Source: the human T2T-CHM13v2.0 reference genome, Homo sapiens. Taken from it: a DNA stretch of 64,000 nt. This document shows positions 48,487 through 60,600 of this stretch, piece after piece. The stretch is taken from NCBI RefSeq assembly GCF_009914755.1, contig NC_060936.1; one strand, given 5' to 3'. Numbering within the stretch: position 1 is the first letter of the stretch; every line of letters begins with the position of its first letter. The position numbers and the translations under genes were made by a program. Below the pieces are notes generated by a model. The model was not told the origin of the DNA. It did no database searches and saw only the letters and a program-made list of their open reading frames with translations.

Positions 48487-50903
48487 TCACCCAGGCGGTG
48501 TAAGGCAGGCAAATGAAAGATGAGGACTCACCCCAGACAGCTCCCCTAGAAATCCTGTCCCCACCCTGCCCCCAACCCAGCCTGGGGATTTTGGTCTCCA
48601 GGGATCAAAATCATTTGTCGTGAGTGCAGGTATGTAAATAAGTTTATTTTCAGGGAAAATACTCAAGACAAATTTATTAATGTAAAACAAACAACATTGG
48701 TTCTGTACCTTCCAAACCCCAAGAGAAACAAGTCGCAGGTCATCAGCTCTCTGGAATTCTTAGGTAAGTCTCCATCATGAGAGAGGATGAAAAGCAATGG
48801 ATTTCTCCTAGGGTGGATGTACCTCCATTGTCCTGAGGCTAGAGGCAGCAGGGCCCTCCTATAGGGGAGGCTGGCATGTGAAGCTTAGCCACCAGAAAGC
48901 AGAAAGACCTGGGGGACTCAGGCCTGACACCCTGTGGGGGTCATACTCAGGTCACCAGTAAGCAGCCCTGGGCAAGATGATGAGGAGGGATCATGAGTTC
49001 ACTGGGCAGCTGAGGGAATTGTCTGGGCAGAGGCCTTGACTGTAAGAGGGGATGAGATATAGGAGGAGCAGAGAACTGGGGCCAGAGACATAGAAAATTC
49101 TCAGGGTCGGGACTTGGAGGAGAAACAGAGATTCTAGGCAATTTAGCAAATAATTTACAGAAAGCTAAGAGGTAAGGTGGTAAAGGAAAGGAAATAAGGA
49201 AACCAGAGGTGTGAGTAGTGAGGGGCCACACCCAGAATTGCATAAGATGCAGGGAATGATGCTGGAGCCTCTGTGGTTCTTTGGATCAACATCTAGGGTC
49301 ACCATTCCTTGGGATGAGCCTGGTCCTAGCTCACACCTTCATGGCTTAGCGAGTCTGACACAGAAATGGGACCACAAAGTTCTCTAGTGTGAAGGGACAA
49401 AGGATGTATCTCTGTGATCCACCATTTGCCAAGTCTGACCAGCGTGGAATCACATAAAGCAGGTGTCACCCTGGGAAAGCCCCGCAGGGTTTGGCCGTTC
49501 CTTAACAAAGTAGGGGAGGGGGCCAGATTATGAACCCACCCCCAAAGAGCAGACCTAAAGCTTATAGGGGATGGAGGTGGGAAATGGTAGAAAGCAAACC
49601 ACACCTACTTCATAACCAACCCGAGGCAGAGCACCTCCTATGCGGGATCTGGGAACAATCTCCCAGTCTCTGTCTGCCTCCTGGGTGAATGAACAGAGAA
49701 GTCTTGGCTGAAACAGGTCAGACCATGTCACTCAAGACTGAGCAGGTCCGGGGCATTGGGTATCCCAGTCCTTGAGGACACAGGTGAGGTCCAGGAGTTG
49801 GGTCTGACTTAGCATAAGGATAACTCAGAACTGCCCCAGCACAGGCCTGGGCCTGACTCAGCACCTCCTGGGCCTCTATGCTGGCAGTGTTCCCCTGGCC
49901 TCAAACTAAACACACAGTCCATGAGGGTGGGGGGTGTGAGGGAGGTAGGACCACATAGAAGGCTCTTCTTCCCAGGGCTAGAAATGCCTCCCTCTCTCAG
50001 ATGACAGCATTCCTTGCCAAGCTGGCCCCTAAGGTCTGATAGGTCAGGTTGGTAGCTGCACTCCCCATCCCCACCCCATGCACACAGGTATCTCAGAGGA
50101 GAGGAGCCCTCTCCTCTGCCAGGCCATTTCCCTCCAGTGGGAGAGCATAGACTGCTGAGGTCCAAGACACACCCTGATGAGGTAGACAGGAGGAAGAGCA
50201 GGTGTGGGCTCACCCACCCCCAGTTGCTCAAGACCTTCCACAAGTGTGGATTCTTCAGGTTGACAGGTGGGCCATGAAGCTCAGAGCCCAAGGAAGTGGG
50301 ATGCCATTATCTGTGATTGGGTCTCCCTTCCTAAGCAGCAAAATGTGGTTCTTTCCTCCTAATATCACCAGAGTCCTGAATAACGTCCCAGAAAAAAACT
50401 AGAACAGAGGTGAGGGAAGTGAGGTACATGACCCTGAACTTGAGAGCTCCCTCCCACCACTCTATTTCTCACCCCATGAAACAGCACCCCTCCCAAGTGC
50501 AATGATGTTAAAGTGAGGGCCGGTCACTGAGTGCTACAAAGAGGTCGCTACAAAGTGCTACAAAGAGGCCTGCCAGTGCCTTTGTGACATGTCATTGCTT
50601 CCTTGTCCCTCTGTGCACTCCTGTGACCCCAGGCTACTTGATTCACTCCTGGAAAGGAAACAATTGCCCCTCACCTTGGTGGCAGAAAGGGCTGAGACAG
50701 GGCAGGGATAATCCAACTTCTCTCTTCAATTTCCTCCTGAGTTCATCCCTCTTATCCCCAGATCCCCATGAAGGCACCTGCCTCCTCCTCCCTCTTGTTC
50801 ACAGCCCATGCTCCCCTCAGACTAGAAGGCAACTTGCTGCACATGGCTGCACTTTTTAGCTTTTGCTCTAGAACTAAAGTAACCAGATGGTTTTTTGAGG
50901 GTC

Positions 50904-51053
50904 ATGGTTTCAAGAGGGTCAAACATTGGTTCCTGTGTCCTCTGTCCGAATCCCTATTGAGAACACCACTGCCAGCCAATGGTTTTAAGAGGGTCAAACA
51001 TTGGTTCCTGTGTCCTCTGTCAGAATCCCTATCGAGAACACCACTGCCAGCCA
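50904..51053. repeat. Tandem duplication, 2 x 75 bp (3 mismatches)
   Basis: Copies start at 50904 and 50979. Confidence 0.95.
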
Positions 51054-51562
51054 ATGCCCCCAGAGCTGGCACCTGAGGTCTAGGGGTCAGGCTGATGGCT
51101 GCCCTGTCGCCCCACACCTTATCCACAGGTATATTCAGAGGAGCCCCCATCCACTTCCTCCAGGCCATTTCCATCATGGAGAGAGTGTAATAGACTGGCC
51201 AGGTTGATGCACACCTGGGGAAGAAGCAGGAGGCAGAGAAGGTGTGGGCTGTGGATCCTTCCCCTCCTCACACGCTCCCATTGTGTAGACTCCTCAGAAT
51301 TGGCCAAGAGACTCAAAGGCAACAGGACACCTATGAGCGTTACTGGGTCCCAATCTTTAGAAGAACACCTTGGTTCTTTCCTCCTATGTTGCCAGTCCTG
51401 AGTGATATCTCAGTGGAATTCTGTGGAGGGCATGAGGAAGAAGCTGGGATAGGCATCCAAATGGCAAGAGTGCTCCCTCCCACCACACCATTACTCTCCC
51501 CAAGACACATCACCTCACCCAGATCACCCAGCTCCACCCAACCATGCACCCCAGTCTTGGAT

Positions 51563-54500
51563 TCACAGGGGCTTAGCCAGCCTTGGAGAGCCCCAGTTGA
51601 GCGTGACGTCCATAGGAAGGTAGGCATGTCGCTCATGGGGAGGTAGAGAAGATTGGTGTCTCAGCCAGCTGAGTAGTGAGCGCTCCATGCAGTGGGTCAA
51701 CAAGGATAGATTCGTACTGCATTTTGCCCAAAGCCTTCTAGATGCTTTTCTGATGCATGTTAAGGATGAGGAAAGATCCTTAAAGTACTAGCACATCCCT
51801 TCCCTCCCATTTAGAGCTCTGAATTAGGAGAACAGTGTCTAAGAATTCCAGGCCCCCCAAATGATATGCCTCAAGTCTAATCCATCCATATTCCCCAGAG
51901 AGTGCCCCAACCTTCACCCAAGGAACATCCGTTTCACTCTAAGCCCCCTCTGCCTCTCTTTTTGAGATATCTGGACTCATAAATGGAAGGTCTCTACTAA
52001 CAGCCTAAGAATATGAAAATCAGCTATCTCTAAACCCAGCTGCCCATGAGCCCACTGGTAGCCACTGTCTCTGACTTTAGTTTCCTCTTCAAAATAATGA
52101 GGGATTCAGATGAGGCAGTGGTCCCAATTATAGAAAGCTTGGATGCTTCCTTTAGGTGAACAGTTGACCACATGGCACCCTGGGAATGGGGATAAATGTC
52201 CTCACTTTTTTGGGGAGGCAGAGTTTGGAGGACAGATTCTCATACTGTTGGAGGCACTAATGATGGACCCAGACTTCTAGACAAGGATTTCTTTATCTCC
52301 CCACTGTCCACAGCTCACTCACGGGATATCAGAAACTTCTCCCCATACGTCTCCTTGACCTCGGGGCTGGCCTAGTCCGACAGCTCCTTGAGGTTCTGTA
52401 AATGCCTCTCAGAGCCGGCCATACTGGTCCTGAAGTGACCAGGTTCAATCACAGACACCTTCACTCCAAAGTGGGAGAGCTCCCTCCTGCATGGCAGACA
52501 TGCAGAAGGGCAAGGACTTAAGAAATTTTGGGAGGCAAAATACAAAAAACAAAGAAACCCAATACAAACCCAGCATGCAACGACAGTGGGAGATGCAAGA
52601 AAGCTTGGAGAGTTGGGAAGGGCAGCAGATAGCAGATAAAAGTTATGATGGTGGCCTTGCCTCTCTCTGGGGTTTCCATATTTTACATACCAAAGCTTAC
52701 TAGCCCTAAGTCCTACCAATTCAAGAGCAAGGCAGCATCTCAGTGCTATCACCTCCTATGCCCCTCACATCCAATGGATCACCAGAATTCCCACATTCTA
52801 CCTCCTCTGCAGTCCTCAGTCCCCTCCCTTCTTCTCCTGCCCCAGGAATCTCCCTGGCCTCTGAGCTGGGTGATGGCAGCTGTCCTCTAAGGAGCGTCCC
52901 TCTGCCTTCAGTCTGGCTCCCCACACTCACAGCCACTGGGCTCCCTGCAGTAAGTGGGTGTCTAGAAGCCGATTAGACCAAAGAGCTCCCCTGAGCAAAT
53001 CCCTTCTTTGGGGGTTCCACTGCCAACAGCATGAGGCACAGCTCCTGTCCAGGGCCTCCACGAGCCCATATGAACCCACCTGCCCAGCCTCCTCCACAGG
53101 CCTGGCCCTGTGCTTCACCTCATGAGGACCCCACAGCACAGGCAGGCAGCTGAGGCTCCCCCTAGGTCTGGGCTGAAGACAAAAGTCATTCCCCCATTTC
53201 TGTTCAAGGCTGCCAGGTGGGGATCCTCAATCTCCAGCTCAGATCCCACTGCCAGGACCCTCCCCAGCTTAGGAGGCTGCCATGGCCACCAGGGCTGACT
53301 GGGTCACAACCCCTATGAGAACTGGCAACAATGGTTCTGGCTCTCTTGCTCCTCTCTCAGGTGTCAGAGCTTTTAGGTCAGGGCCAAAACCCTGTTGTTG
53401 TCCTAGGCTGAGTTTATTGGGTACTCTTCCAAGGGCCACAAGAGTATATTGTATGGACTCAGATGCTCTCCCCATGCCTCCAGGACCCAACAAATATCTC
53501 TCCAAGGGAGAGAGACAGAGACAGGAAAACAGGAAGACAGGAATGGGGTAAGACAGAGAAACCAAGGGGAAAGGACAGAAGAGAAAGGAAAATGGAAGGA
53601 AAGAATAAGAAAAACACATAAATAATTGCTTTCTGCATCCTGGTTAAGAGAGATACACTTAAATCCTAAGACTGGGGGAAGTTAGAGAGCAGGCCTGCAC
53701 TGGGCATCAGGGGACAAGCTGTGCTACAACCTGCATCAATGTCAAGGCAATATCTGTCCTGGAAGAAAAGGTCACCTTGTGTACCTGGGAGTCCCAAAGC
53801 TCACTGTGGACTGAATGGCCAGAGCAGGAGGGGAGGAAGGAAAGAGGTCTCATGCCACACAGGTGTCCAGACTGCACTCTCTGCCCCAGGAAGTACCACC
53901 TTTTCCTCCCACCATCTCATAAGGCCACCTCTGCCCTATCCCCATAGGGTCCAGCAAGCTTTGGGGAAGACTCTACAGAAGACATAGGGGAGCAAACTAA
54001 TAGCATGAAAGATCTGGAGCAGTCAGAGCTACAGAACTACGGACTCCAGGCCAGCAGGGGCAGGGGTGTGAGTGGGTGAGGGCTGGGGGGTACAGGAGAC
54101 GGAGACTGACCCTAGGAATATTGGAAAAACAATAAGGCCTGCAATGGTGGCCCTTCCCCTACTCAGAAACCTTTCCTGGACTTGAAGGAATGAGGATTCT
54201 TTGATTCAATAGTTGTACTTTTCTTGAATAGCACTGCTAAGCCTGTCAACAAACCTTGGTAGAGAATCGCTACTGAGATGTTATTTATGCCAGGAAAAGT
54301 GGGTAACAAACTTCGGCATTCAACAATATAGAATCCCTTTAACAAATTATGGCCTCTCCACATGCTGGAATATGGAGACCTTGATTGTTATGTTGGGGAA
54401 GAAACTTGATGATGAAAATGCTGACCCCAGAATGTGTAAAGTAGAGGGAAATTAACCCTGGAGGCTGGGATTAGGGGGAATGTTGTTTCACTCTCATCCT

Positions 54501-55356
54501 CTTCTATGATTTCTCCAATGAGAAATCCTATCTTATCCTCCTATCTATCCAATCTTATCCTCTTCTATAATTTCTTCATGTTTTCCATTTACAATCAGAA
54601 CAAAGCAATCAATGATCTCCCTTTCCCCAAAAGGAACAGGATTCATCACTCGGTGTTTGATGTGAAGTCCCTTCAGCTCTCCAAGCCCCAGTGTCCTCGT
54701 GAATCAAGCGGAGATCATCTTAAAGCCCTCAACAGGGACAAGTGTGAAGGAACCAGTAAGAGAATGCTGAGATCAGAAGCCTGGATCCTGCCCAGCCCCA
54801 TCCCCGATGGTCTCATGCCAACCGTCAGGACCCAACGTTATCCAGAGACTGGGCTCTAACCACAGCCTGGACTCCTCTAACCCTGGGCCCAGCCACAACC
54901 ACTCTAGGACTTCTGCTTTGGAAAGCAGAAAGCTCAAGCCCCCGAAAATAAAAGTCCTGGAAATGTTCCCAGTTAGCAGACACTAGGTCTCCCCTAGTGA
55001 CACAGAGAGAAGAGAAACAAACAGGCACTAGGAGGGATTGAGGTGGTCCCTCTGTCCCCCACACACTCCTTCACCCACTGGGCAGCTGCAGCAATGCTCT
55101 CTGTCTTGGTGATGTCCATGGTCACCGTCTCCAGCCTGTCTGAAGTCTGGCCCCTCAGCTGCTTGGTCCCCTTCTCTGTCCTACATGCAGCTCCCGCAAG
55201 CCTGTGCATTCAGTTGTCTGGCCAGTAGCTTCCTGAAGCGTGAGTCACAGCTCATGATGAACACTATGTGTCTCTCAGCTGGCTCACCACCTGCCTCTCC
55301 CAGTATGAGCACAGAAGGTAGTACAGGCCCTGGAGGACCACCAGGTAGAGCCACAT
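51563..55356 (-). pseudogene. Unprocessed RDH16-like (SDR9C retinol dehydrogenase) pseudogene
   Basis: Exon 1 55356-55050 (MWLYLVVLQGLYYLL...VFIMSCDSRFRKLLARQL...QLRGQTSDRLETVTMDITKTESIAAAAQWVKECVGDR) with frameshifts and GG in place of the GT donor; exon 3 52486-52323 (164 nt, RELSHFGVKVSVIEPGHF...) with TAG at 52374-52372; exon 4 ~51755-51563 (KCSTNLSLLTHCME..HYSAG*..LLYLPMSDMPTFL..WGSPRLAKPL*) with deletion, stop and frameshift. Confidence 0.9.
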
Positions 55357-56552
55357 GGCTTTGCAGAGGACAGACCCAGGTAGGCTGGGGTGAAATGAGA
55401 GTCTGGCCTCTGTTCAGACAGGAGGATTTAAGAACACAGAGGGCTGAGGTAGGCAGAGAAGCCCTCAGGCATTTTGGCAGAAAGTCTTCACTTTCCTCCC
55501 TGATCACTGTCTTTCTGCAACATTTTTTTTTATCCTGGCTTCATCTCTCTACTATTTTGAACTGCCTTTGCAAGTACTCATGCATGCAGTTGCAAACCCC
55601 AAGTCCTGCCCAGTAGGAAACTACTATGACTCAGCAATGCTTCCCTAGTCCACAAATTTCTCTCTGCATTGCTGTGCCCACACAGATGTTTATGTGGGTG
55701 CAAACGTGTATTGACACAGGCTTACACACAGCAGCCCCCACACACTCTCCATAGCAAACACACCCCTCTGCTCTAAGTACAAGGGTCAGAACTGTCTCTA
55801 CAAAGCTGCTGTACTGACACTTCTGGTCCATGACCTTCTGAGCACAGAAAGACCTTATTGGGAAGCTACATATGGTTTCCAGCCACATTAGGTGGAAATC
55901 CCTCTCTGAGCCTGAGATTCCTCATCCCGCTCAGCACCCAGAATCAATCACTCCTCAGAAAACTGGGTCATGGTCAGGCTGTCTAGGATGAGAAGGAGAA
56001 GCCGAAAGAGTGGACAGGAACAGATCGTCTCCTGCTATAATAGTTTTTTGGGGCAGAAGGAGTGAAGGATCCCATGGGGGCACTGTGGAAGTCCTTCCAT
56101 TCCCCCTCCCAGCAGCCCTGGGTGTTTCCTTCCTGTGGGTTCCAAGTCTCCATTCCTTTCCCTGCCACTGGAGGAGGGGGTGTGTTGGGATATGGTGGAG
56201 GACCTGAGAGATGGCACAGGAAAAGTGCAATGACTTTTAAGTGAGGGTCAGTCACTGAGGGCCACAGAAGGCACAGGTGAGGGGGAGAGGACTCAGTTGT
56301 CCCAGGGAAGGGACCTGGGGCCTGTCAGTGCCTATTGACATCTCCTTGCTGGCTCGTCCTTAGGTCTATTTCTGTGACCTGAGGTTACTCCAGCATCCAT
56401 GGAAAGAAAACAATTCCTCCTCATCTCGGTGGCAAGAATGGCTGGGAGAAGGCAGGGATAACTTTCCTCTTCAAATCCATTCTCAGGTCATGCCTCTCAT
56501 CCCTGGCCTCCAGGAAGGCACCTGCCTCTTCCTGCCACTGCTCTCTAAGGCC

Positions 56553-57613
56553 ACCCAAAATGTGGAAGCTACTTTGGAACTGGGTAACAGGCAAAGGTTG
56601 GAACAGTTTGGAGGGCTCAGAAGAAGACAGGAAAATGTGGGAAAATTTGGAACTTTCTAGAGACTTGTTGAATGGCTTTGACCAAAATGCTGATAATGAC
56701 ATTGACAATGAAATCCAGGCTGAGGTTCTCTCAGATGGAGATGAGGAACTTGTTGGGAACTGGAGCAAAGGTGATTCATTACATTTTAGCAGAGAGACTG
56801 GCAGTATTTTGCCCCTGCCCTAGAGATCTGTGGAACTCTGAACTTGAGAGAGATGATTTAGGGTATCTGGCAGAAGAAATTTCTAAGCAGCAAAGCATTC
56901 AAGAGGTGATTTGGGTGCTGTTAAGGCATTCAGTTTTAAAAGAGAAAAAGATCATAAAAGTTCACAAAATTTGCAGCCTGACAATGCAATAGAAAAGAAA
57001 ATCTCATTTTCTGAGGAGAAATCCAAGCTGGCTACAGAAATTTGCCTAAGGAAGAAGAAGCCAAATGTTAATCCCCAAGACAATGGGGAAAATGTCTCCA
57101 GGGCATGTCAGAGGTCTTCACGGAAGCCTCTCCCATCATAGGCCAGGAGGCCTAGGAGGAAAAAGTGGTCTCATGGGCCAGGCCCAGGGTCCCCGTGCTG
57201 TATGCAGCCTAGGGACTTGGTGCCCTGTATCCCAGCTGCTGCAGCCACAGCTGAAAGGGGCCAATGTAGAGCTCAGGCTGTGGCTTCAGAGGGTGCAAGC
57301 CTCAAGCCTTGGCAGCTTCCACATGGTGTTGAGCCTGCCAGTGCACAGAAGTCAAGAATTGGGGTTTGGGTACCTTTGCCTAGATTTCACAGCATGTATG
57401 CAAATGCCTGGATGTCCAGGCAGAAGTTTGCTGCAGGGGCAGGTCTCTCATGGAGAACCTCTGCTAGGACAGTGTGGAAGGGAAATGTGGGGTGCTGGGG
57501 CACTGCTTAGCAGAGCTGTGAGAAGAGGGCCACCATCCTCCAGACCCCAGAATGGTAGATCCACTGAGAGCTTGCAGTGTGCACCTGGAAAAGCCAGACA
57601 ATCAACACCAGCC
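56553..57613 (+). mobile_element. THE1/MaLR internal fragment lacking both LTRs
   Basis: aaaatgtggaagctactttggaactgggtaacagg...ccatcctccagaccccagaatgg. Confidence 0.85.
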
Positions 57614-60600
57614 TAGATTACTTTTCTATGTCTGTAAAAAATGTCGTTGGTATTTTGATAATGATTTCATTGAATCTGTACATTGTTTTGGGTAGTATGG
57701 CCATTTTAATAATATTGTGTTGATTCTTCCAATCCATGAACATGGCTATTTTTCCAGTTTTTGGTGTCCTCTTCAATGTTTCTCCTCAGTGTTTTATAGT
57801 TTTCATTATAGAGATCTTTCACTTCGATTAAGTTAATTCATACGTATTCAGTTTTATTTGTGGCTATTGTAAATGGGATTACTTTTTAAATTTCTTTTTC
57901 ATGTTGTTCGTTGTTGGCATATAGAAATGCTACTGATTTTTTATGCTGATTTTGCATCTTACAACTTTACTGAATTTGTTTATAAGTTCTTATAGTTTCC
58001 TTGTGGAGTCTTTAGGGTTTTCCAAATATACGATGATATCGTCTACAAACAAAAATAATTTGCCTTCTTCCTTTTTAATTTGGATGCCCTTTATATCTTA
58101 TTCTTGTCTAATTGCTTTAGCTAGGACTTCCAGTACAATGTTGAATAATAGTAGTGATGGTGGCCATCCTTGTCATGTTCCAGATCTTAGAAGAAAGGCT
58201 TTCAGTTTTTCCCCATTCAGTATGATACTAGCTGTTGGCCTGTTGTATATGGCTTTTATTATCTTGAGATTAGTGTGTTCCTTCTATCCCCAGTTTTTTG
58301 AGGGTTTTTATCATGACTAGATGTTGAATTGTATCAAATGCTTTTCAATATTGATTGAAATGATCATGTGGCTTTTATGCTTCATTCTGTTGATATGATA
58401 TATTATATTGATTGATTTGGTATGTTGAATTATCCTTTCATGCAAGGGATAAATCCTATTCATCATGATGAACTATCTTTCTAATGTATTGTTGAATTTG
58501 GTTTGCTAGTATTTTGTTGAGAATTTTTGCATCAAAATTTATAAGAGATATTGGCCCATAGTCTTTTTCTGATGTGACTTTGTCTGGTTTTGGTATCAGT
58601 GTAATGCTGGCCACATAGAATGAGTTTGAAAGTATTCCCTCCTCATCTATTTTTTGGAATAGTTTGAGTATGATTGGTGTTAGTTATTCTTGAAATGTTT
58701 GGTAGAATTCAGCAGTGAGGCCATCAGGTCCCAGGCTTTTCTTTACTGGCAGACATTTTATTGCAGCTTCAATCTCATTACTTGTTATTGGTTTTAAATA
58801 ATAAGGTTTTAAATTGCTTTCTGGCTCAATCTCAGTAGGTTGTATGCATCTAGGCATTTGTCTATTTATTCTAGATTTTCCAATTTATTTGCATATAATT
58901 GCTCCTAGTAGCCACTAGTGATCCTTTGAATTTCTGCAGTACCAGTTGTAATGTCTCCTTTTCCATTTCTGACTTTATTTATTTGGATCTTCTTCTATTT
59001 TTTTTGTATTTTTGCTTAGTCTGATTAAAGATTTGTCAATTTTGTTTAACTTTAAAATTGCAACTTTTTGTTTCATTGATCTTATGTTAAGTTTTTTTTT
59101 ATTTCAATTTCATTTGTTTCTGCTCTGATCTTTATTATTTCTTTTCTTCGACTAATTTTGAGTTTGGTTTGCTCTTGCTTTTCTAGTTCTTTAAGATACA
59201 TTGTTAGATTATTCATTTGAAGTTTTCCTTTTTTTTTCTTGATGTAGGCACTTATAGCGATAAATTTCCCTCTTAGTTCTGCTTTTGTTGTATCACATAG
59301 GTTTTGGTATGCTGGGTTTCTATTATCATTTGTTTTTAGAAATTTTTCAATTTTCTTCTTAATTTCTTCATTGACCCACTGGTCTCTCAGGAGCATATTT
59401 TAAAATTTCTATGTATTTGTGTAGTTTCCAAAATTATTATTCTTATTTCCAGTTTCATTCTATTGTGGTCAGAGAAGATGTTTGATATTATTTCATTTTT
59501 TTCAATGTTTTAAGACTTCTTTTGTGATCTAACATGGGGTCTATCTTTGAGAATGATCCATGTGCTGAGGAAAAGAATGTGTATTCTGCAGCCATTGGAA
59601 GAGATGTTCTGTAAATATCTATTGGATCCATTTGGTCTACAGTGCAGATTCATTCTGATGTTTCCCTGTTGATTCTTCTGTCTGGAAGATCTGTCCAATG
59701 CTGAAAGTGGAGTGTTGGAGTCTCCAGCTATTATTGCATTGGGACCTATTTCTCTCTTTAACTCTAATAGTATTCCCTTTATCTATCTGGGTGCTTCTGT
59801 GTTGGGTGCATATATTACATATTTAAAATTATTCTTTTATCCTCTTGCTGAATTGACCCCTTTACCATTATATAGTGACCTTCTTTGAAATCTATTTTAT
59901 CTGAGATAAAACTCCTGCTCTTTTTGGTTTCCATTGGCAAGAAATATCTTTTTCCATCCCTTTATTTTCAGTCTATGTTTGTCTTCATAGGTGAAGTGTT
60001 TCTTCTGCAGGCAACAGATCAATGGGTCTTGGTTTTTCATCCATTCAGCCAGTCTATGTCTTTTGATTGGTCAGTCTAGGATACTTACATTCAATGTTAT
60101 TATTGATGGGTAAGGACTTACTCCTACCATTTTGTTATTTGTTTTCTGGTTGTTTTATGAACTTCCTTTCCTTCTTTCTTTCCTTCTTGTTTTTTTCTAG
60201 TGAAGATGTTCTTCTCTGGAGATATGATTTAGTTTCTTGCTTTTTATTTTTTGTGCATCCATCGTATGTTTTTTGGCTTGAGATTACCATGAGGCTTGCA
60301 AATACTATCTTATAACCCATTATTTTAACCTGATAACAACTTAACATTATTTGCATAAACAAACAAGCTCAAAGAAAATTAATAAAAACTCTACACCTTA
60401 ACTTTGTTCCCCAACTTTTTAACTTTTTGTTGTTTCTGTTTATAGCTTATTGTACTGACTATGTCTTGAAAAGTTGTTTCAGTTACTTTTTTTGATTAGT
60501 TCATCATTTAATCTTTCTACTTAGCATAAGAGTAGTTTACACACCACAGTTACAATGTCATAATATTCTGTGTTTTTCTGGGTACTTGCTACTACCGGTG

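Noticed and set aside
50904-51053. CRISPR-like repeat
   Set aside because: Two adjacent copies with no spacers in a eukaryotic genome; plain tandem duplication.
52490-55050. Search for pseudogene exon 2
   Set aside because: No NNAG/YxxxK-encoding segment recognisable by eye on the minus strand, so none annotated.
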